From NCBI GenBank assembly GCA_043821445.1, contig JBDRCT010000013.1, positions 82,149-146,148 of the forward strand: a stretch of 64,000 bases of DNA. Reading direction: 5' to 3'. Of the stretch, positions 56,044-64,000 are shown in pieces (position 1 is the stretch's first letter; each line of letters opens with the position of its first letter). The DNA is from Candidatus Omnitrophota bacterium (GTDB taxonomy: Bacteria; Omnitrophota; Omnitrophia; Omnitrophales; Aquincolibacteriaceae). The notes beneath the pieces were generated by a model. The model worked only from the letters and a program-made list of their open reading frames with translations, was not told the DNA's origin and made no database searches. The position numbers and the translations under genes are program-made.

Positions 56044-56601
56044 CTAAAACTGGATCTTAACATCTGCGGTTTCTTCCTTCGGGATTTCGAGCATGGAGCG
56101 GCGCGCGTACCCCATCGAATTCGCTACAAAAACGTCAGGCATTTGCTGGATACGGATATTGTAGATATTGACACTTTCGTTGAAAAACTCGCGACGGTCC
56201 GCGATCTCGTTCTCAAGCCCTGAGATGCGGCCCTGAAGCTGAAGAAAACTCGCATTCGCCTTAAGGTCCGGGTAGTTCTCGGAGACCGCGAAAAGAGTTT
56301 TGAGCCCCGCCGTGAGCTGATTCTCCGCTTTGGTTTTGTCTTCGATCGAGGTCGCGTTCATAAAAGCCGTCCGCGCCTGCGTGATCTTCTCGAGCACGGA
56401 TTGCTCGTATTTCATATAACCCTTGCAGGTCTCGATCAGCTTCGGCAATTCGTCATGCCGCTGCTTCAGAAGCACATCAATATTCGCCCACGCCTTATCC
56501 ACATTGTTCCGTACCTGGATCAGGCCGTTGTAGATCCCGACAAAATACCCGATAAGCCCGAGCACCACAAAAACCGCTACCGCCAGAACCACAAGTTCCA
56601 T
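56044..56601 (-). CDS. lemA: LemA family protein
   Basis: YNGL, AWANIDVLLKQRHD, ENYPDLKAN, ENEIA.RRE.FN..V..YN. Confidence 0.95.
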   Translation of the reverse strand: MELVVLAVAVFVVLGLIGYFVGIYNGLIQVRNNVDKAWANIDVLLKQRHDELPKLIETCKGYMKYEQSVLEKITQARTAFMNATSIEDKTKAENQLTAGLKTLFAVSENYPDLKANASFLQLQGRISGLENEIADRREFFNESVNIYNIRIQQMPDVFVANSMGYARRSMLEIPKEETADVKIQF

Positions 56602-56615
56602 GATCCCCTCCTTTT

Positions 56616-57389
56616 TTAAAACAGGTGTTTGAAAAAATGCCCGATCAGAATAAAAAGGCAGACGACGGTGAGAATGGGCCCCCCATAAAGGAAAAGATAC
56701 ATCCGCCCGCTGAATTCGCCAAGAACATGTTTTTCACTTTCACTTGAGAGAAGAAAGAAAGCGCCGGGCTGAGCCGCCACGCAAAGATTCTCAAACCCTT
56801 GCGCGGACCCCCGAACCACCGGATTCGGCTGCACCGTTCCGATCACATAAAGCTCGTCTCCCGGAACGATATACGCTTCTTCGCACCGGAGTTGTTTGCC
56901 AAAACCGAATGTTCCACTCGCCGCGATCCCCATGGAGTCCAGTTGCGCCAGGAACAAATTCTTATCTTTCGTGCCTATGCCGTTACTGTACTTACGATCC
57001 ATATGGACGTGAAGCTCGGCCCCGGCCGGACAAATGAGTACACGTCCCGTTTTATCTTCCAGATAGAAATACTCCGTGCTTGTGTGCTCCGCGAGCGTGA
57101 CCCAACTGCCACTTTTCCCGGAGCTTCTGTACTCTTCAACTTTATAGTGGTAAAAAACACACGGGGTTTTTGAAAAATCACTGGTCAAAAGCTTCTGGGA
57201 TTCCCGCGCCGTCCCGCTGACTTCCGCCAGTCCCAAGGCAAGGGCGCGAACGGTCGAAGTGGGAATATCCTCGATCAATTTTTTTCTCTTACGCAATTGG
57301 AATCCCCGGAAAAATCCCACGATGCCGAGCACAAAGCCCACACAAAGATACATGAAAAATTTTCCTTCGGAATCATCCGACGAACTCAT
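56616..57389 (-). CDS. GIDE-domain membrane protein
   Basis: IEDIPTSTVR.LA.GL.EVSG, PCVFY.Y.VE, FYLED.TG, GDELYVIG; next to lemA. Confidence 0.8.
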   Translation of the reverse strand: MSSSDDSEGKFFMYLCVGFVLGIVGFFRGFQLRKRKKLIEDIPTSTVRALALGLAEVSGTARESQKLLTSDFSKTPCVFYHYKVEEYRSSGKSGSWVTLAEHTSTEYFYLEDKTGRVLICPAGAELHVHMDRKYSNGIGTKDKNLFLAQLDSMGIAASGTFGFGKQLRCEEAYIVPGDELYVIGTVQPNPVVRGSAQGFENLCVAAQPGAFFLLSSESEKHVLGEFSGRMYLFLYGGPILTVVCLFILIGHFFKHLF

Positions 57390-57619
57390 GCAAGACCTCT
57401 TTCTGTTCCAACCTTTACAGGACCGATCTCCCCAGTGCCATTTCGAAGGCTATCGGCTATTTCGATAAAAACCTTCTATCTCCCGGCGGCCTCTATTTTC
57501 TCATAGGCAAACCATTAAAAACTAGTGCAGAATAGAGGCGTCCTGGTTCACTTTCGATCTTTACCAAAACCAGGACTGCATTGATCTTCGATTGAAAAAT
57601 TTATGGAGGATCAAGCGCT

Positions 57620-58699
57620 ATGGATCCGATCGTTCCGGCAAAATACTGGCATAAACTCGAAGACGGCAAGATCCAATGTGATCTTTGCCCTCGCCATTGC
57701 AAACTCGTGGAAAGTCAGCGGGGGTTTTGTTTTGTGCGCGCCTGCCAAAGTGGCCGGATCGTTCTCACTACCTACGGACGCTCGAGCGGTTTCTGCGTAG
57801 ATCCCATAGAAAAAAAACCTCTCTTTCATTTTCTTCCCGGCACGCCGGTCCTTTCTTTCGGCACGGCCGGCTGCAACCTGGGCTGTAAATTCTGCCAGAA
57901 TGCGGATATCAGCCATTCCCGGGAAATGGACACCCTCGCAGATTCCGCCTCGCCCGGGCTTATCGCGAAAACCGCCGAGAGACTCCGCTGCCGGAGCGTG
58001 GCCTTCACCTACAACGAGCCGCATATCTTCCATGAATACGCCGTCGACACGGCCAAGGAATGCCGCAGGCTCGGGATCAAAACGGTGGCCGTAACGGCAG
58101 GTTACGTGTGTGCCGAACCCCGGCAAGAGTTTTATGAGTGGATGGACGCGGCGAACGTGGACTTGAAGGGATTCACGGAAACATTCTACAAAAAATACAC
58201 GGATAGTTCTCTCGAACCCGTGCTTGAAACGCTTCTTTATCTCAAGAAAGAAACGAAGGTCTGGCTTGAGATCACCACGCTTCTTATTCCGGGTCTGAAT
58301 GATTCCGAAAAAGAACTGCAGGCTCTGACGTCCTGGATCGTCAAAAACTTAGGGCAGGACGTTCCTCTTCATTTCACGGCATTTCATCCCGCGTATAGGC
58401 TTTTGGAGCCTCCCCCGACCCCGGCCTCAACACTTCAAAAGGCCCGCGAGATCGCTCTCGCAAACGGAATCCGTTATGGTTACACCGGAAATATCGAAGA
58501 TCCCGAAGGCGAAACGACTTTTTGCCATGCCTGCGGCAAAAAACTGATGGGCCGGAGCAGTTATGAAATAACCGGCTGGCATTTGAAGGGAACCGGCCTT
58601 TGCGAATTTTGTGACACACTCTGCGCTGGAGTTTTTGAGCCCACCCCCGGAAACTGGGGATCCAAATGCCTGCCTGTCAGGCTTGGGGATTTTACCTGA
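57620..58699 (+). CDS. amrS: AmmeMemoRadiSam system radical SAM enzyme
   Basis: CDLCPRHC, DPIEKKPLFHF.PG, GCNLGCKFCQN, AFTYNEP, ANVDLKGF, EITTLLIPG.ND. Confidence 0.95.
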   Translation: MDPIVPAKYWHKLEDGKIQCDLCPRHCKLVESQRGFCFVRACQSGRIVLTTYGRSSGFCVDPIEKKPLFHFLPGTPVLSFGTAGCNLGCKFCQNADISHSREMDTLADSASPGLIAKTAERLRCRSVAFTYNEPHIFHEYAVDTAKECRRLGIKTVAVTAGYVCAEPRQEFYEWMDAANVDLKGFTETFYKKYTDSSLEPVLETLLYLKKETKVWLEITTLLIPGLNDSEKELQALTSWIVKNLGQDVPLHFTAFHPAYRLLEPPPTPASTLQKAREIALANGIRYGYTGNIEDPEGETTFCHACGKKLMGRSSYEITGWHLKGTGLCEFCDTLCAGVFEPTPGNWGSKCLPVRLGDFT

Positions 58700-58706
58700 A
58701 ACCGTA

Positions 58707-59288
58707 CTACGCGCAACGCGCAAGGCGCAACGTACGGTTTTTACGTCGAGCGTTGTGCGTTGAACTTTGCACCATTTTTAAAAGTTGATCGCTATAAGAA
58801 TCCGCCACAAGCTCTTGGGTCCGGATTCCCAAAAGCTTTTGGTAGAACTTGCATTGCTTCCTGAGCTTTGCCACGCCGGGGCTTTCCTTCCGGCCGAAAA
58901 CTTCGATCTCCACGAAATTTCCGAGACGTTCGACGCGATCAATATGGAACTTTGTGTTTTGAATGAAATAGATCTCACGCTTTTTATCGACCACGGTCAG
59001 AACACCGAACGCAACGGTCAGAAGTTTTTTAAGAGGGGTTTTTTTCTTGCAAGGAAAAAGCGTGGCATCACACTTTTTGGATCTCTTTTGATCGACGCGC
59101 TTGTAATAGATGAGGGCGTTCTCGATATTTCCTTCACGAAGCTTTAACCGGCCGGAGGGAACGCGGAAATACGTATCGACCTGGCAATCCAGACCCTTAA
59201 AAGACGCGCCCCGGGCGAGGAGGATCTTCCGGATGCGGCTTGGGTCGGGACACCGCGCCTTGATCTCAAAACTCAGGGAATCCATCAA
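58707..59288 (-). CDS. Class IV adenylate cyclase / CYTH domain protein; C-terminal tail is repeat-derived
   Basis: EIKAR, QVDTYF....GRLKLRE, V.KKR.IY, HID.V..LGNFVEIE, SYSD. Confidence 0.9.
   Translation of the reverse strand: MMDSLSFEIKARCPDPSRIRKILLARGASFKGLDCQVDTYFRVPSGRLKLREGNIENALIYYKRVDQKRSKKCDATLFPCKKKTPLKKLLTVAFGVLTVVDKKREIYFIQNTKFHIDRVERLGNFVEIEVFGRKESPGVAKLRKQCKFYQKLLGIRTQELVADSYSDQLLKMVQSSTHNARRKNRTLRLARCA
58710..58765. repeat. Inverted heptamer element between convergent genes
   Basis: GCGCAAC GCGCAAG GCGCAAC ... GAGCGTT GTGCGTT. Confidence 0.75.
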
Positions 59289-59292
59289 GAAC

Positions 59293-60516
59293 TCAAGAAG
59301 GCTTCAGGGGAAGCGTGAAGGTGAATGTGGAGCCTTTCCCCGGTTCGCTTTCGACTCCGATCTTTCCGCCATGGGTTTCCACCATGCGCTTGGCGATCGC
59401 GAGCCCCAGCCCAGTGCTTTTTTCTCCGGCGGTCGGAAGAACATCGGTCTTTCCAAAATATTGGAACATTTTTGAGATCTCTTCAGGGGGAATACCCTGC
59501 CCCTGGTCCGTGACCGAGATCGCGACCGCCCCTTCCGAAAGAACGGCCCGCAGAATGATCCGGCTTTTGGGCGCCGAAAATTTGATCGCGTTCGTAATAA
59601 GGTTGTTGATCACCTGATCGATGCGAGAGGGGTCCATCCAAACCTTGGGAAGGGCTTCCGGTGCCTCTAAAGCAAGTTCGATCGATTTAGATCTGGCCAT
59701 AAGCGCGTTATTCCTATGGACCTCCGCCAAATAGGCTCCCAGATCAACCTCCCGCATCTCCATCGTCAAATGGCCCGATTCGATCGCACTGACGTCCAGA
59801 AGATCATTGATCAAAGCGAGCATTTTGTCACAAAGCCCGGCAATGGCTCGTATCGGCTCTTTCTGGGTCGTATTAAGATCCCCCATCAGACCGTCCGTAA
59901 AAAGATCCGTATAACCTTTGATCGCCGCAATGGGGCTTCGAAGATCATGCGCTGCGATCCCGAGGAACTTGTTCTTCAGATCGTTGAATCGGACCACCTG
60001 CTCGTAAAGCCGGCTCTTTTCAAGGGTCAAGGCAAGCTGGCCCGCGATCTCCCGGAAGAGCTCCACGTGCGCGTTCTGATATCGATAGGGCTCCCTGCTT
60101 GAAAAAAAAAGAAAACCGATCGGTTTCCTGGAAGCGATCAAGGGGCATGTCAGGCTTGAGCGCATCCCTTCCATCATAATGTCTTTTGTAGATTTCGAAT
60201 CCGGGTGGTCTTTGAGGTAGGCCTCCAGATCATTCAGAATACGCGGCTCCCGTGTCTGAAGAACTTTTTCAAGACTGCTGCCTTTCATGGCCGCAGAATA
60301 GCCCTTCCCGATCTTCATCATGGACGCTTTTGAACGCGCCCAGTACGCCCGCAGAATTGTATCGTTCTCCTCTAAAAGCGAGAATCCGATCCGGTCATAA
60401 GGAATAATAACGTGCAGGGTCTTATAAGCGTAATCCAGAACCTCCTCGACCGTCAGCCCCGTATTGATCTGATGCGTGATGCAAAGAAGTACCCTAAGCT
60501 CTTTTTCCCGGCTCAT
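59293..60516 (-). CDS. GAF-domain sensor histidine kinase
   Basis: GAF (RSSLTCPL), [35 protein letters not shown]. Confidence 0.93.
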   Translation of the reverse strand: MSREKELRVLLCITHQINTGLTVEEVLDYAYKTLHVIIPYDRIGFSLLEENDTILRAYWARSKASMMKIGKGYSAAMKGSSLEKVLQTREPRILNDLEAYLKDHPDSKSTKDIMMEGMRSSLTCPLIASRKPIGFLFFSSREPYRYQNAHVELFREIAGQLALTLEKSRLYEQVVRFNDLKNKFLGIAAHDLRSPIAAIKGYTDLFTDGLMGDLNTTQKEPIRAIAGLCDKMLALINDLLDVSAIESGHLTMEMREVDLGAYLAEVHRNNALMARSKSIELALEAPEALPKVWMDPSRIDQVINNLITNAIKFSAPKSRIILRAVLSEGAVAISVTDQGQGIPPEEISKMFQYFGKTDVLPTAGEKSTGLGLAIAKRMVETHGGKIGVESEPGKGSTFTFTLPLKPS

Positions 60517-60561
60517 TAGAGACTTGCCTTTTATCTGAAGTGAGGATCAAGAATCGCTTTT

Positions 60562-61446
60562 TCAAAATGGGAGTTTCAATTTATTCTTAAGACTGCTCGC
60601 GGCGTTCTTAACGCCGCCCGTCACCGTTGTTACCGTGCTCTCGGCAGCACCCGAAGTATCTTTGAGCACACCTCCGACCTGACCCGCGATCGCGCTCGGA
60701 TCCCCTGCTGCGGTCTTCAAAGCATCCAGACTTTGTGCCGCGGCCTGGGCCGCAAGTTTCGTGGAAGTATTAAAAGCCCCCGCGAGGGTCCCTTCAAGAC
60801 TTCCGATATCGAAATTCACAAGATTCGAGATCCCGGAGCTTAGCATGGCTTTCAGAACGATCAAACGCACAACGCTATTGAGGTCCGTGATGTTCTCATA
60901 GCTTTGATCGAGATTGATGCGGAATTCCTTGGTCGAGGGCTGACCGCCGGAATAATCCGCATAAACGACTTTGCCGATCTTAAGGTGCATCATATCGATC
61001 TGGATCGGCATGGGTTTTGCGGGGGCTTTGGGTTCCCGTTGGGTCGTCTGGGCGGGCGCCTGTTGGGTTCCCTGAAGCGCTTTCAAGCGGTCCAAATTGA
61101 GTTCGCCTCTTTCGTTCTTCACAACCGTGAACTGTTTCATATCAAACTGGATATGATTGAGATGAACGTTCCCTTTCAGGATATCGGAAAGGTTATAGCC
61201 CACGAAGATCTTGGGGATCTCTACCAAAGAAGTATCATGGAAGCCCGAAGGATTTTTTACAACAAGATCCTCGAGATCCACGAACGAATTTTGGAAATTA
61301 AGGTCGAGTTTTCCCAAGGAGAGCGGCATACCGGTCACCATCTTCACGCCATTCTCCACCGCTGCTTTCACCACGACATTACGCGCGAGCACCAAAACGA
61401 CCAACACCACGACCAATGACACCACCAGCTTTATGAGCAGCTTCAT
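60562..61446 (-). CDS. AsmA-like membrane-anchored protein
   Basis: N-terminal TM, VKNPSGF, GELNL. Confidence 0.7.
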   Translation of the reverse strand: MKLLIKLVVSLVVVLVVLVLARNVVVKAAVENGVKMVTGMPLSLGKLDLNFQNSFVDLEDLVVKNPSGFHDTSLVEIPKIFVGYNLSDILKGNVHLNHIQFDMKQFTVVKNERGELNLDRLKALQGTQQAPAQTTQREPKAPAKPMPIQIDMMHLKIGKVVYADYSGGQPSTKEFRINLDQSYENITDLNSVVRLIVLKAMLSSGISNLVNFDIGSLEGTLAGAFNTSTKLAAQAAAQSLDALKTAAGDPSAIAGQVGGVLKDTSGAAESTVTTVTGGVKNAASSLKNKLKLPF

Positions 61447-61513
61447 ATTGACCTCCTGAATGTTAATGATTGATTGGATCCCAGACCGAAGAAAACCGTT
61501 TACCGCGAACGCA

Positions 61514-63274
61514 TTAATCTATCATTGATCTTTTTCCCGGGATAGCCGTTTTGGCGGGCCGCCGGAAGATCGCATTTTCGACCGCGATCTCCTTGCGCGA
61601 GCGGATGCGGTCGAGATGATATTCGATCCTTTCCCTGGAAATATTCAATTGCCCGAGAACCAGGCGATTCAGTTCGTGGCCTGCTTCCCACTCTTCGGTC
61701 ACCACGATATCGGCCCCCAGTTCAAAGAGCTTCGGCATCTGTCCTTCGTAACGAGCCCGGACTGCGAGGGTCACATCCGGATTGAGGCCCTGCACCACAC
61801 GGATGATTTGTGTGATACCAAGCGGATCGGGAAAACTTACAATGACCGCTCGCGCACGACTGATCCCGACCCTTTTCAGGACCTCTTGATTGGCTGCATC
61901 TCCGTATATAGCCTTCATGTGCAGCTTCTTGGCCTCGCGCATCCTGACCGGATTCATTTCAATGATCACGAACGGGATCTTTTCTTCTTGAAGAGATATG
62001 GCCAGGTCCCGGCCCGTAGGCCCGAACCCGCAAAGAATCACATGTCCCGTGAGAGAGGAAAGTGCGCGATCCTGTTTGGTCCAACTCGTGGGGGGCACAC
62101 CAAAGATCATGAACCGGCTCAGGACCTTCAGGACGAATGGGATCGCCGCGAAAAGAAGCGGCGTCATCAACATGGTCATAAACGCCGTCGAAAGCAGGAC
62201 CTGGTAAAGTTCGGGTGTAATACGTCCCGACCCGCGCGCCATTTCGATCAAAAGGAACGAGAACTCCCCGATCTGTGAAAGGATGATCCCGGTGATCACG
62301 GCCACTCGTGGCGGAAATCCGAAGGCCATGATCAGGAACGTCATGATGAAGAAATTGATAAAGAGCACAAGGCTCACCACCGAAAGCACGAGGAAGATAT
62401 GGCCCAGGAAGAAGTGGATGTCGAATAAAAGCCCGATCGAAACAAAGAAAATGCTCACGAAAAGATGGCGGAACGGAATAATGTCACCGATCAGCTGATG
62501 CGAAAATCCGGTGTTCGCGAACATGAAACCGGCCAGAAGCGCCCCGATGGCCATGGAAAGCCCGAGGGCGCCGCTCCCCCACGCCATGCCCAGACACACC
62601 ACGACCGAAAAGAGGAAAAAGATCTCGCGATTCCGGATCGCGGCTACGCGATAAAGAAGTTGGGGGAGAAGAAAACGCGAAAAAACGAAAGCGCCGGCCA
62701 GGAGCAGGAATGTCTTAAGGAATGCGAGCCCGAGCGCCGGCCCCACCGAGCTCATGGACTGTCCGAAGGCCGAGAGAAAGATCATGAGCGGTACGACTGC
62801 AAGATCTTGAAAGATCAGGATTGAGATCGCGACACGGCCATGCGGCGAATCGATCTCGCCGCGATCCATCAGATATTTCAACACGATCGCCGTCGAGCTG
62901 AGCGCGATGACCGAGCCCAGGAAAAACCCTTCGTAAAAGGTCCAGCCGCGCCACCAGCCGAAGGCCATTGAGACGCCGATCGAGACGAGGATCTGCAGGG
63001 CCCCGCCGACCACCGCGATATTTTGCATCCCGCGCAAACGCTCGACCGAGAACTCCAGCCCGATCGTGAGCATGAGAAGCACCACTCCGAGCTCCGCCAG
63101 CATCCGGATATGTTCATTATTCGAAAGGATGCCGAGACCTTGGGGCCCGATGATCACGCCCGTCAGAAGAAATCCGAGGATTGTCGGAAGACGGAATTTT
63201 TCGAAGATCACGGCCACCACTGTGGCCATTAGAAGAACCAGGAGGATTTCGGTTAAAAACGAAGGGGTTTGCAT
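61514..63274 (-). CDS. CPA2/Kef-type cation:proton antiporter with TrkA-N domain
   Basis: GFLLTGVIIGP, ALSSTAIV, IFQDLAVV, FFVSIG, QIGEFSF, ILCGFGPTG, YGDA. Confidence 0.93.
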   Translation of the reverse strand: MQTPSFLTEILLVLLMATVVAVIFEKFRLPTILGFLLTGVIIGPQGLGILSNNEHIRMLAELGVVLLMLTIGLEFSVERLRGMQNIAVVGGALQILVSIGVSMAFGWWRGWTFYEGFFLGSVIALSSTAIVLKYLMDRGEIDSPHGRVAISILIFQDLAVVPLMIFLSAFGQSMSSVGPALGLAFLKTFLLLAGAFVFSRFLLPQLLYRVAAIRNREIFFLFSVVVCLGMAWGSGALGLSMAIGALLAGFMFANTGFSHQLIGDIIPFRHLFVSIFFVSIGLLFDIHFFLGHIFLVLSVVSLVLFINFFIMTFLIMAFGFPPRVAVITGIILSQIGEFSFLLIEMARGSGRITPELYQVLLSTAFMTMLMTPLLFAAIPFVLKVLSRFMIFGVPPTSWTKQDRALSSLTGHVILCGFGPTGRDLAISLQEEKIPFVIIEMNPVRMREAKKLHMKAIYGDAANQEVLKRVGISRARAVIVSFPDPLGITQIIRVVQGLNPDVTLAVRARYEGQMPKLFELGADIVVTEEWEAGHELNRLVLGQLNISRERIEYHLDRIRSRKEIAVENAIFRRPAKTAIPGKRSMID

Positions 63275-63668
63275 TTTCCCTTTCCCGTTGAAAACAATGC
63301 CGGCGCTTTTTATAAGTATACAAAATTCCATGCCCAATAATCCAGAAGTATGCGCCTTCATAAAAAGTAAATAAAGCGGATCACTCGGACGACTTTGATT
63401 CTAAAATCGTGTTTTACCGAAATCCTGTGGTTAAAAAGCTCTGCTCATGATGGTTCTAAGAAAGGGGACAGAATTTCCTGAGGTTTTCTCTTCAGATTTG
63501 AAAATTTTTGAGCTCCTTTTTGTTGAGGCTAAAATGTTAGTAATTGACAAAATAAAGACTTTCTACAATAATAATGATCGTTTTTGCTAGTTAAACGAAG
63601 TTGTGGAATTCTCTGTATAGCCCTATACTTATAGTAAGGATAGGAACAAGAGGAACTTATAAGGAGAA

Positions 63669-64000
63669 ATGATGATGAATGAAAATGTGTCCCCAAGGGG
63701 CCAGGCAGGGTTCACGTTCGCAGAACTGATGATCGCGCTTGTGGTTGTTGCTCTTGTGATCGGCGGCTACGTAGCTGCCAATGTAAAAGCTCAGCAGAGC
63801 GCCGAGGCCATGCATGAGCGGACTCTCGCGATCCAGGACGCAAACCAGGTCATCGAACAAATGAGGGATGCTTCAAAAACCGGCACGTTCCCAGCCAATG
63901 TTGTCTCCGCATATCCGGACGCCAGCACACCGACGGGATTTGCAAATCTGCCCAATGAAACGATCACGGTCTCTTATGCGAATGCAACGGCCGATCCGTT
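63669..64000 (+). CDS. Prepilin-type N-terminal cleavage/methylation protein (PilV-like minor pilin), 3' truncated
   Basis: AAGGAG SD; G|FTFAELMIALVVVAL class III signal; open to the window end. Confidence 0.85.
   Translation, partial: MMMNENVSPRGQAGFTFAELMIALVVVALVIGGYVAANVKAQQSAEAMHERTLAIQDANQVIEQMRDASKTGTFPANVVSAYPDASTPTGFANLPNETITVSYANATADP

Overview
Bacterial (diderm) chromosomal window, mostly minus-strand. The gene content and order (rpsF-ssb-rpsR-rplI-dnaB-bamA; ispE-spoVG-tRNA-Gln-glmU-prs-rplY-pth) suggest a PVC-group organism such as Omnitrophota; this is an inference, not a search result. Housekeeping operons occupy 1-21 kb, with an accessory cassette cluster (RhuM/Fic, two small paralogues, HEPN-like protein, palindrome arrays) wedged between gatA and gatB. 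A metal/metalloid island at 22.9-47.5 kb contains a DUF134-led arsenic/redox/RND operon, a Fur-FeoAB module, a second DUF134-led operon, a NikMN-NikR module and a DUF2946(RAPP)-porin-ZnuA/B-like module. Mixed metabolic genes follow (SF1 helicase, AmmeMemoRadiSam, D-lactate dehydrogenase, LemA/GIDE, CYTH, GAF-HK, Kef, prepilin). The most unusual signals are non-coding. (1) A family of modular ~35-43 bp hairpin units forms mixed arrays at four loci; they show covarying stems and one nested insertion, and three arrays start exactly at a TAG stop codon. (2) Arrays of 22-28 bp palindromes separate the cassettes inside the gat operon. (3) About ten inverted 7/8/10-mer tandem-repeat elements sit at gene junctions or inside genes. 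(4) A shared TTAT-N3-CATATG-N3-ATAA operator lies ahead of both DUF134 genes. All calls are made by eye from motifs; no database searches were run.
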